Shown here piece after piece: positions 1 through 10,319 of a DNA stretch of 64,000 nucleotides. How positions within the stretch are numbered: position 1 is the first letter of the stretch; each line of letters begins with the position of its first letter. The notes under the pieces are model-generated. The model was not told the origin of the DNA, made no database searches, and was given only the letters and a program-made list of their open reading frames with translations. Source of the stretch: Chiloscyllium plagiosum (lineage: Eukaryota); assembly GCF_004010195.1 (NCBI RefSeq), contig NC_057720.1, positions 24,612,746 through 24,676,745 on the forward strand. The letters run 5' to 3'. The position numbers were made by a program, and so were the translations under genes.

Positions 1-1674
1 CGCATTGACCAACCAGATCATACATTCTACCTGTCTTCATCTATCCCCACTTCACCACCCAGTCCCCACCTCCCCCTTTTTCTGCAGCTCTCCATTCACC
101 CACCCCCAGCGCTGAAGAAAAGTCTGGGAAAGAGGCAGCAGCTAGAAGCAAAGGTTTCTATGGTTCAGCACACTAAGTGTGAGTGAGTGCTCACGCTTGG
201 AGTGAAAATAACTAAGTCATGAGGATTTGAAACAGAACTGGAAGATTCAGGTAGTTTATACTGAAAGTGTATTGTTAGGAAAACCCTCACCAGGACATTC
301 CAGAGGTAATGGTCACCAGGCCACATATCCTTTGGGGTGCCACATCACATAGGATTGGTTCTGAGAGAAATAAGTCTATACTTAAAAGACAGAGAAAGTA
401 TCATTGTGAAGTTGGCTTTTTGATTGTGCTAAAAGTAGAAAAGTATAGGTGGCCTACAAGAATAGTATTTAGTATGTTTATTCTATTTGTTCCAATAAAA
501 GTCTTAAAATATCTAATCTTGCTTTGCCATCCTTTCAACTATTAACTGGCCATTCAAATTTCTTTTAAAAAGTTTCTACTGTCTATAGGAATTATGACAA
601 TGGTCAATTTTTATCGCACCCATAACTTGTGGGTATGAGTTTTCTCCATTTACCTTCCCACCCTTCACAATTTATGATGTATCCTTATCTTGCTCTTTTG
701 CTTTTTTTTCAAAAATAGTTGTAATTTGTCACCTTCATGCCTCAAGTATCTTCAGTGTTGTGTTGATTGGCTTTACAACTTTCCTAAAATTGTGCATCCA
801 AAAGTGGAAACAACATTCAAGCGAATGTTTTATCTATGATTTGCATAGATACCTCTTTGCTTTGGTAATTGCTACAAGGGTGGAAATGATTCAGTGATTT
901 TAAAAAAGCTATAATAGTGAGTGGTCTTTCACTTCCTCTTTCACTTCTGAAACTACGGATTTATTTGTAAATGTGAAGTACCAATTGAAAAATTGCTGAA
1001 GGTATCATCAATGAGGTTATCAGATAAACTGACAGACCACAAGGTTGCAAGCACTTTACACTACAGTCATACTGATTGCTCAATATATTTCATTTTATTT
1101 GAAATGAACAGGCTAGATCCTATTTCAAAACCTTAAGAACCTGGGGCTTACGTTTACCTTCAATACTTGAATGGTAACTAGCGGAATGATCATCGGCTTA
1201 TTATAGATTTGATCTAAGGTTTAGTTTCATTGAAGTTGATATTAGTTGTTGCTCATAGCTGCAGGAAAATGCATTTTCCCTAGTGGTGAAATAGATAGAG
1301 GATGCTGTAGTCCCTCTTGTGGCAAAATATAACAAACATGAGAGAGAACTGCATTCATGAGACATGCATGAGTTTATATACCTGGAGCTCTATAAGTGAC
1401 CGTCTGGAGTCATTACATTGACATATATTATATTCCAAAATTCCTAAATAGGTAGACTATCAATAAATTAAGAATAAGTTACCTGGAGGTGCTTTTCAAG
1501 CTTTTGAATATTCCCTTTTTTTGTGACAGAAAGAACGTCCAGATGAGTAAGATGCAGGATATTGGAAATGTATTAAGGTGCTCTAAGACTGGAATAAGGT
1601 ATATAGAGGAAATGTAATATCTATTGCACTTCCAATTTGACATGTTTTGCCCTTTGGCTATATACATGACACGG

Positions 1675-1877
1675 GACAAAGTGAGGACTGCAGATGCTGG
1701 AGATCAGAGTCGAGAGTGTGGTGCTGGAAAAGCACAGCAGGTCAAGCAGCATCCGAGGAGCAGGAGAGTCGATGTTTCATGCATAAGCCCCTCATCAGGC
1801 TTATGCCTGAAAGGTCGATTCTCCTACTCCTCAGAGACTGCCTGATCTGCTGTGCTTTTCCAGCACCACACTCTCGA
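1675..1877. mobile_element. Fold-back Penelope-like terminal repeat cassette (family A), non-coding
   Basis: Inverted arms (about 1708-1790 vs 1798-1879) around a decayed hammerhead. Degenerate direct flanks at 1658-1674 and 1878-1894 (14/17 identical). Confidence 0.8.
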
Positions 1878-3564
1878 CTAGACACATGACATGGAATGTA
1901 CTTTATAAATATGAAGTTCATTACAATCGTATTGAGTGGACCATGTTGTAATGGTCACCAAAATCTTTTATACTTTTAAAAATGTTATGAATAAAGCCTA
2001 TTTCTTTTTTTAAAAAAAAATTTCCTTCCCTCCACCTCCACCCCGCTATTTACCAATCTTAGCTGAGTGTAAGTTATGCCCCTGTGGTCTCAATGTTACT
2101 ATGTCATTGTACTCTCCTGAAAGCATTATGTAATAAACTGTGTAACTACTTCACAAAATGTAATATGAGGCTTTATTAACCAGATATATATGCAGATTTT
2201 AAAACACAAAACCCAATTCAGAATGAACAGGGACAGTAAACAAAGTAGATGGTGACATCTTGAAAAATGTCCATAATACAGAGGAGGAAGTGCTGGATGT
2301 CTTGAATCACATAAAAGTGCATAAATCTCCAGGACCTGATCAGGTGTACCCGAGAACTCTGTGGGAAGCAAGGGAAGTGATTGCTAGGCCTCTTGCTGAG
2401 ATATTTGTATCATCGATAGTCACAGGTGGGGTGCCGGAAGACTGGAGGTTGACTAATCTGGTGCCACTGTTTAAAAAGGGTAGTAAGGACAATCCAGGGA
2501 ACTATTGACCAGTGAGCCTGATGTCAGTGGTGGGCAAGTTGTTGGAGGGAATTTTGAGGGACAGGATGTACATGTATTTGGAAAGGCAAGGACTGATTAG
2601 CGATAGTCAGCATGGCTTTGTGCATGGGAAATCATGTCTCAAAATCTTGATTGAGTTTTTTGAAGAAGTAAAAAAGGGGATTGATGAGAGCAGAATGGTG
2701 GGCATGATCTATATGCACGTCAGTAAGGCATTCGACAAGGTTCCCCATGGGAGACTGGTTAGCAAGGTTAGATCTCACGGAATACAGGGAGAACTAGCCA
2801 TTTGGATACAGAACTGGCTCAAAGGTGGAAGACAGAGGGTGATGGTGGAGGGTTGTTTTTCACACTGGAGGCCTGTGACCAGTGGAGTGCCACAAGGATC
2901 GCTGCTGGGTCCACTACTTTTTGTCATTTATATTAACGATTTGGATGTGAGCATAAGAGGTATAGTTAGTAAGTTTGCAGATGACACCAAAATTGGAGGT
3001 GTAGTGGACAGCGAAGAAGGTTACCTCAGATTACAATGGGATCTTGATCAGATGAGCCAATGGGCTGAGACGTGGCAGATGGAATTTAATTTAGATAAAT
3101 GTGAAGTGCTGCATTTTGGGAAAGCAAACCTTAGCAGGATTTATATACGTAATGATAAGGTCCTAGGCTGAACAAAGAGACCTTGGAGTGCAGGTTCATA
3201 ACGCCTTGAAAGTGGAGTCGCAGGTAGATAGGATAGTGAAGAAGACGTTTGGTATGCTTTCCTTTATTGGTGAGAGTATTGAGTACAGGAGTTGGGAGGT
3301 CACGGTGTGGCTGTACAGGACATTGGTTAGGCCACTTTTTGAATTTTGTGTGCAATTCTGTTCTCCTTACTATCAGAAGGATATAGTGCAACTTGAAAGA
3401 ACTCAGAAAAGATTTACAAGGATGTTGCCAGGGTTGGAGGATTTGATCTATAGGGAGAGGTTGAATAGCTAGGGCTGATTTCCTTGAAGCATTGGAGGCT
3501 GAGAAGTGACCTTATAGAGGTTTATAAAATCATGAGGGGCATGAATAAGATAAATAGACAAAGT

Positions 3565-3724
3565 TAAAAATCAAACAATACCAGGTTATAGTCCAAGGAA
3601 ACAACCACCTGATGAAGGAGCGCTGCTCCGAAAGCTAGTGCTTCCCATTAAACCTGTTGGATGATAACCTGGTGTTGTATGATTTTTAACTTTGTACACA
3701 GTCCAACACCGGCATCTCCAACTC
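3565..3724. mobile_element. Fold-back Penelope-like cassette (family B) nested in CR1
   Basis: Flanked by the direct repeat ataaatagacaaagt (3550-3564, 3725-3739); short inverted arm; contains a hammerhead core. Confidence 0.85.
3606..3640 (+). ncRNA. Minimal type I hammerhead ribozyme motif (PLE family B)
   Basis: cac-CTGATGA-a-GGAGC-gct-GCTCC-GAAA-gc-TA-gtg: intact core, 5-bp stem II, cac/gtg stem I, palindromic AGCT in place of stem III. Confidence 0.8.
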
Positions 3725-4531
3725 ATAAATAGACAAAGTCTCTTCTCTGGTGTGGGGTAGTCCAGAATTAGAGGTCATAGGTTTAGAGTGAGAGGGGAAA
3801 GATTAAAAAAAAGACTCTCAGGGGCAACTTTTTCATCTAGAGGGTAGTATGTGAATGGAATGGGCTGGCAGAGTGGTGGAGGTTATTAGAATTGCAACAT
3901 TTAAAAGGCATCTGGATGGGTATATGAATAGGAAGGGTTTGGAGCGATATGGGCCGGGTGCCGGAAGATGGGACTAGATTGGGTTGGCATATCTGGTCGG
4001 CACGGACAAGCTGGACTGAAGGGTCTGTTTCCGTCTGTTCATCTGTATGACTCTAAGTTACTATCAACAAAGAAATCACAATATTGAAAAGCAGTTCAGA
4101 GGAGGGAGTCTACACATTGAATTCTGAAGAGAAATAAATAGGAAGTGCCAACAAAAAAAGTTATTGGTTACAATAGTTTTGTATCTAAAACATTTTTATC
4201 ACATTTTGTTATGGCAGGACCATTCTTAAAAATCTTTAAAAAGATTTAAATATTAAAGGGGAAGTTAGGAAAAGTCTCTGCAGAGAGAATATGGAATGCT
4301 TTGCGTCAAAGCATATTGAGGTTCAGTCAATATTATTACCACTTGAAGTAAAGATGCAGATGAATATATATTGCACTTGGTAGTTTAAAAAATCATTAAT
4401 GCAGACATTTTTGTACCGTGTGGCTGACCTTTCTCATATTAAATTCAGGTTATCTGAACACAACTAACTATATCATATAAATATTTTTGAGAAATATAAA
4501 GTAATTTACAAAGATTGTGCATTTGACTTAC

Positions 4532-4696
4532 TCTGGTTGGTGACAACTGTGACCGTGGAATTTGACATATTTGAATTTGCAAGGCGAAGAAATCTTTTGG
4601 ACTTTCCTGGGCAGGACTCCGATGAGAGATCTAGATTCAGCAAATCCTTGCCCTGGAGCTCTGGCGGGGACATACACTGAATGTCTTCTGCAAGGT
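4532..4696 (-). CDS. LRRCT/stalk exon (165 nt) of the LRRC19-like gene; gene continues beyond it
   Basis: Pyrimidine tract + ttag|AC, phase 1, in frame with the previous exon. Encodes (D)LAEDIQCMSPPELQGKDLLNLDLSSESCPGKSKRFLRLANSNMSNSTVTVVTNQ, completing the LRRCT cysteines. Donor CAGA|gtaagt at 4532/4531. An alternative in-frame acceptor would start the exon at 4687. Confidence 0.88.
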
Positions 4697-4939
4697 CTAA
4701 CAGAAAGATGGAAAGACTTTCACAATACTCTTTACTCAACACATTCAGGGTCATAAGAAAGCATCTTCAAGTTGTGGTCATTTCACTTCGAGATCTGGAC
4801 AAACACAAATTGTGTCTCTTGATGCAGTTGATAAATTAGCTGGTGCAATCTGTGAAATACAAATATTCTGCCTTGTCCTAACAACCTGCTCCTTAGAATT
4901 AGGAGACTCGGTTTAGATATCAGTTTTGGCTCTTTGTAG

Positions 4940-5310
4940 TAGTTTGAATTAGATATTCATTAGAGTTAGGTCCCACTACATAGATTTGAGCAGATAATGC
5001 AGGTGGATACTTCAATGCATGTTTGAAGGCTGCTGCACTGTCTCAGGTACCATCTTTTCGATTCAATATCATGCCTATCCTATAGTGTGAACCATGTAAA
5101 AGATTCCATGACAGGCAGAAGAACAGGGAAAATTGATTTCAAGAATGGATCAATGTTTACCCCACGGCCAACACCATCAAAACCTGATATCTAGCCAGTT
5201 ATGATATTTGTGGGGCCCTGCAAGCACAAATTGATGACAACATTTACCTATGTCATCACAATTTTAGAAGTATTTCAATGGCCATTATGTCTCAAGAGCC
5301 TGAATTGTAC
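4940..5310 (+). mobile_element. Decayed Deu-domain SINE (SacSINE1/AmnSINE1-like)
   Basis: Recognisable blocks gctgcactgtc..ggtaccatcttttcg, gtaaaagattccatg, gaagaacaggg, caatgtttacccc; related to 25790-26325. Family assigned from recalled consensus. Confidence 0.6.
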
Positions 5311-5989
5311 TAATAAATGCTAATTTAATCTGGCAAAATCATGAATGTGTTTGCAGTCATATTATCCCTAATATCCCTAGTAGAAATGTTGTTCACTCTA
5401 TATGGTTATATTGTTGAGTGAAGAAAGCATTTGAACAGAAGCTATTTCTCAAATGGATCTGGTGGTGTTAACAAGTTGTATTATACAAAAATGAAATTTA
5501 CAGTTCTGTTATGGTGTAAACAAAATGACAATTTACAATTGTGCAGAAAAAAAGAAAGAACTTTTACAACCAAAGTTTGAGCCACAGAAATGTGTATGTT
5601 AGTAGGGTGTGACTGGAATAGTCAACATTTATTGCTGATCCCTAACTGGCCTTGCATGAGTCAACTGTTATCACTGAGGCTGGATGGGTGCACTGTCGGT
5701 CTTGTACCACTACTCCAAGGGTCACAACATGGAATAAATGTAATTTAACCAGTTACCAAAATGGTTAATTAAAATCATTGGTTACAATAGTTTTATATCT
5801 AAAACCTAAAATCTCATGGGCAATTAAATAATTTACCTGTATTAGGTTTGAAAGTTTAAAAAAAATCTATCAACCAGCTTTCTTAATGAACAAAATTACT
5901 GTCTCACCATCAAAACAAAATTTATTGGTGAAGTTAACACGGTCAGCAATATTGAATTATAAATGCTTACCCCTTTAAATGTCCCCAAA

Positions 5990-6070
5990 ACACACACGCA
6001 CGCAAGCAAACATACACACACACAGCCACACAGACACACAGAGACATACACACACACACAGACACACACT
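5990..6070. repeat. Imperfect (CA)n microsatellite
   Basis: Run of ca/caga units. Confidence 0.9.
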
Positions 6071-7049
6071 CTTCAAGAAAACAGAAAGTGCCTTTCTGAA
6101 AAAAAAACTATGGCCAATGAGTTACTCTTGAAGGCAAAGGATAATGTACAGAATATTCTGGTGTCTGGTGCTCTGATATTTTGGCACATGTGATCAAATC
6201 ACTAATCACATTTGCTTATTTCTGAAGTCTCTCAGGCACAGTTTGCTCAGGGAATACAATATTGAGAGGTTCCTCCAGCCACTTTTTTCAGAACATTAAA
6301 GAAGTGTGCTCCTTTAGAAATTGGAAAGATCAGCTGGGTAGCTCATCCTTGCATGCTGCTTGCTTTCAGTTACTGTAGTATTCCCCATGCAGTTGCTGTT
6401 CAAACAGCCCCAGTAGGTGTCTACATTAGAAGCTGTATCACCAGTCATGTGATTTCTAGGGAGTCTTATTTTTAAAGAAATACAATCTCCAAAGTGACCT
6501 TTCAATTATCTCTTAAAAAAAAATACACTCCAGGTATTTCCACAAGACGTGAAATAATCTTCACAAGTCTTCAAAATTTAAGACTTCCAAGAATTGGATT
6601 TATCCTACTTTTTGAAGACCGGATGTAGCTGGGCAAATGTGCACATTGTTGGGTCAATGCCAGATTATATCTACAGGGCAACAGTTTGGTTGGGACTGTG
6701 GCTGGGTTTAGATCACAAGTCTTCAGTGTTACATTCAGTTTATTGACAGGATCCAAAACCTATGGTATATCCAGTGCTTTTGATTAACTCTTCATATATC
6801 ACTTGGAGCGAATTAAATTGACTGAAGATTGGCATCAAAATCAAGGTGAGAGGGATCATCCACTTAGTGCTTTTGGCAGCGGGTTGCAAATGCTTAAGCC
6901 TTGTCATTTTCACTGATGCACTGGGCTCCCTTTTCAATGAGCATGGGAATGTTTTGAACTTCTTAGATGTTTAATTGTACACCATGTTCTATAACTGTTT
7001 GTTGTCAGAATGCATAACTTGGATCTATTGCATTGTTGAAGGATTGCCT

Positions 7050-7218
7050 GGCTTTGTTGATTGAGGGATAAATAAATATAGACAAAGCTCGAGGGAGACG
7101 TTTCCTGTTCTTCTGCAAATATGTGTTGCAGGATGTTTTACATTCACTTGAGGGGGATGACTGGCCCCCAGTTGAACTTATTTGACAGATGGTTCACTGG
7201 ACAATGCAGCACTCCTCA
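7050..7218 (-). mobile_element. Deu-domain SINE fragment; other half at about 10246-10320, split by the PLE
   Basis: Reverse complement reads gagtgctgcattgtc...gtgaatgtaaaacatcc...gaagaacagg...tatttatccctcaa. The SINE head-like sequence resumes right after the PLE. Confidence 0.55.
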
Positions 7219-8681
7219 CAATTTCTCCTTCCAACCCTCCCACTTCCTCCAGACAAAAGGGGTAGCCATGGGCACCCACATGGGCCCCAGCTATGCCTGT
7301 CTCTTTGTCAGCTACAGAGAACAGTTCATCTTCTGGAGTTGCACCACACCCCATCTCTTCCTCCGCTACATTGATGACTGCATCAGCGCCATCTCGTGCT
7401 CCCACAAGGAGGTCGAACAGTTCATCAACTTCACCAACACAATCTACCCCAACCTTAAATTCATCTGGACCATCTCTGACACCTCCCTCCCCTTCCTAGA
7501 GGTCTCCATCTCCATCCACGAGTACTGACTCAACACTGACATTTTTTACAAACCCACTGACTCCCACAGCTACCTGGATTACACCTCCTTCCACCCTACT
7601 TGCTGGAAAATTTGCTATCCCGTATTCCCAATTCCTCCGCCTCTGCCACATCTGCTCCTAGGAGGACCAGTTCCACCACAGAACACACCAGATGGCCTCC
7701 TTTAAAGACTAATTTCCTTTTCCACATGGTTGAAGATGCCCTCCAACGTATCTCATCCACATCCCGCACCTCTGTCCTCAAACCTCACCCCTCCAACCGT
7801 AACAAGGACAGAACTCGCCCCCCCCACCCCGGTCCTCACTACCAACCTCCGCATAAATCATGTCATCTGCCGACATTTATGCCACCTACGAATGGACCCC
7901 ACCACCAGGGATATATTTCCCTCCCCATGCCTATCTGCTTTCTGCAAAGACCGTTCCCTCCACAACTACCTGATCAGGTCCACGCCCCCTAAAATGCTAC
8001 CCTCTCATCCTGGCACCTTCTCCTGCCACCGCAGGAATTGCAAACCTGCGCCCACACCTCCCCCCTTATCTTCGTCCAAAGCCCCAAAGGAGCTATCCAC
8101 ATCCATCAAAGTTTCACCTGCACGTCCATCAATGTTATTTATTGTATCCATTGCTCTCAATGCAGTCTCCTTTACGTTGGGGAGACTGGACGCCTTCTCA
8201 CAGAGCGCTTTAGAGAACATCTCTGGGACACCCGCACCAATCAACCCCACCACCCTGTGGCTGAACATTTCAAATGCCATCCCGTATTCCCAATTCCTCC
8301 GCCTCCGCCGTATCTGCTCCCAGGAGGACCAGTTCCACCACAGAACACACCAGATGGCCTCCTTCTTTAGAGACCGCAATTTCCCTTCCCACGTGGTTAA
8401 AGATGCCCTCCAACGCATCTCGTCCACATCCCGCACCTCCGCCCTCAGACCCCAGCCCTCCAACCGTAACAAGTTCAGAACGCCCCTGGTGCTCACCTTC
8501 CACCCTACAAAACTTCGCATAAACCAAATCATCCGCCGACATTTCCGCCACCTCCAAAAAGACCCACTACCAGGGATATATTTCCCTCCCCACCCCTCCC
8601 CGCCTTCCGCAAAGACCGTTCCCTCCGTGACTACCTGGTCAGGCCCACGCCCCCCTACGACCCACCCTCCCACCCTGGCAC

Positions 8682-9543
8682 NNNNNNNNNNNNNNNNNNN
8701 NNNNNNNNNNNNNNNNNNNNNNNNNNNNNNNNNNNNNNNNNNNNNNNNNNNNNNNNNNNNNNNNNNNNNNNNNNNNNNNNNNNNNNNNNNNNNNNNNNNN
8801 NNNNNNNNNNNNNNNNNNNNNNNNNNNNNNNNNNNNNNNNNNNNNNNNNNNNNNNNNNNNNNNNNNNNNNNNNNNNNNNNNNNNNNNNNNNNNNNNNNNN
8901 NNNNNNNNNNNNNNNNNNNNNNNNNNNNNNNNNNNNNNNNNNNNNNNNNNNNNNNNNNNNNNNNNNNNNNNNNNNNNNNNNNNNNNNNNNNNNNNNNNNN
9001 NNNNNNNNNNNNNNNNNNNNNNNNNNNNNNNNNNNNNNNNNNNNNNNNNNNNNNNNNNNNNNNNNNNNNNNNNNNNNNNNNNNNNNNNNNNNNNNNNNNN
9101 NNNNNNNNNNNNNNNNNNNNNNNNNNNNNNNNNNNNNNNNNNNNNNNNNNNNNNNNNNNNNNNNNNNNNNNNNNNNNNNNNNNNNNNNNNNNNNNNNNNN
9201 NNNNNNNNNNNNNNNNNNNNNNNNNNNNNNNNNNNNNNNNNNNNNNNNNNNNNNNNNNNNNNNNNNNNNNNNNNNNNNNNNNNNNNNNNNNNNNNNNNNN
9301 NNNNNNNNNNNNNNNNNNNNNNNNNNNNNNNNNNNNNNNNNNNNNNNNNNNNNNNNNNNNNNNNNNNNNNNNNNNNNNNNNNNNNNNNNNNNNNNNNNNN
9401 NNNNNNNNNNNNNNNNNNNNNNNNNNNNNNNNNNNNNNNNNNNNNNNNNNNNNNNNNNNNNNNNNNNNNNNNNNNNNNNNNNNNNNNNNNNNNNNNNNNN
9501 NNNNNNNNNNNNNNNNNNNNNNNNNNNNNNNNNNNNNNNNNNN
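8682..9543. other. Assembly gap
   Basis: Run of N. Confidence 1.
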
Positions 9544-9647
9544 GGGGGGGGGCCAGAAAGTCACACACCTTCCTCTCTCTATGCTACTTTCTCCCCACCC
9601 CCACCCTCCCCTAGCTTATCTCTCCACGTTTCAGGCTCTCTGCCTTT

Positions 9648-9683
9648 ATTCCTGATGAAGGGCTTTTGCCCGAAACGTCGATT
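9648..9683 (+). ncRNA. Minimal type I hammerhead ribozyme motif (PLE family A)
   Basis: attc-CTGATGA-a-GGGC-tttt-GCCC-GAAA-c-GTC-gatt: intact core, GUC cleavage triplet, palindromic ACGT. Confidence 0.85.
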
Positions 9684-10106
9684 TGGCTGCTCGTCGGATG
9701 CTGCCTGAATTGCTGTGCTCTTCCAGCACCACTGATCCAGATTCTGGTTTCCAGCATCTGCAGTCATTGTTTTTACCTCGTTGAATTTTCCCCCTCCCAC
9801 TCTGCTGAGTACATGCAGGTCCTGGGCCTCCTCCACCTCCACTCCCTCACCACCCGACGCCTGGAGGAAGAATGCCTCACCTTCCGCCTCGGGACCCTTC
9901 AACCCCAGGGTGTCAATGTGGACTTCACCAGTTTCCTCATTTCTCCTCCCCCACCTTACCCCAGTTCCAACCTTCCAGTTCAGCACTGCCCTCATGACTT
10001 GTCCCACCTGCCAATCTTCCTTCCCACCTTACCCACTCCACCCTCCTCTCCGACTTATCACCTTTACCCTCACCTCCATCCACCTCTCAGTTATCTTCTC
10101 CCCACC

Positions 10107-10147
10107 NNNNNNNNNNNNNNNNNNNNNNNNNNNNNNNNNNNNNNNNN
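10107..10147. other. Assembly gap
   Basis: Run of N. Confidence 1.
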
Positions 10148-10319
10148 TCATTCCTGATGAAAGGGTCTGGCCTGAAACATCGATTTTCCTGATCCACGGA
10201 TGCTGCTTGACATGCTGTGCTTTTCCAACACCACACTCTCAACCGTGATGTCTCAGTCTATTTATTGTCCTCAAGTTTATGGAGTACTTCTTAAACTCAC
10301 AAGCACTTACTCAAAGAAT

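Larger units (their letters stand above)
2215..4055 (+). mobile_element. 5'-truncated CR1-clade LINE (HER1-like), RT region and 3' tail, disrupted
   Basis: KSPGPD, SQHGF, KAFDKVPH, SGVPQGS.LGP, KFADDTK and WQMEFNLDKC motifs with stops and frameshifts; ends in a tatgactct tail. Confidence 0.95.
7219..10245 (+). mobile_element. Penelope-like element(s): RT C-terminal half + GIY-YIG endonuclease + two terminal repeats, frameshifted and gapped
   Basis: QTKGVAMGTHMGPSYACLF, FLRYIDDCI, AIPYSQFLRLRRICS, NVIYCIHCSQCSLLYVGETGRLLTERFREH and LEEECLTFRLGTLQPQGVNVDF. Hammerhead-bearing repeats at about 9570-9780 and 10148-10245. Confidence 0.93.

Noticed and set aside
4506..4531. Secreted isoform by read-through of the 4532 donor
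   Set aside because: A stop follows within a few codons, but I found no nearby poly(A) signal and the donor is strong.
7730..9655. 641, 519 and 309 aa ORFs
   Set aside because: Length is an artefact of translating through the N gap; the real part is frameshifted PLE sequence.
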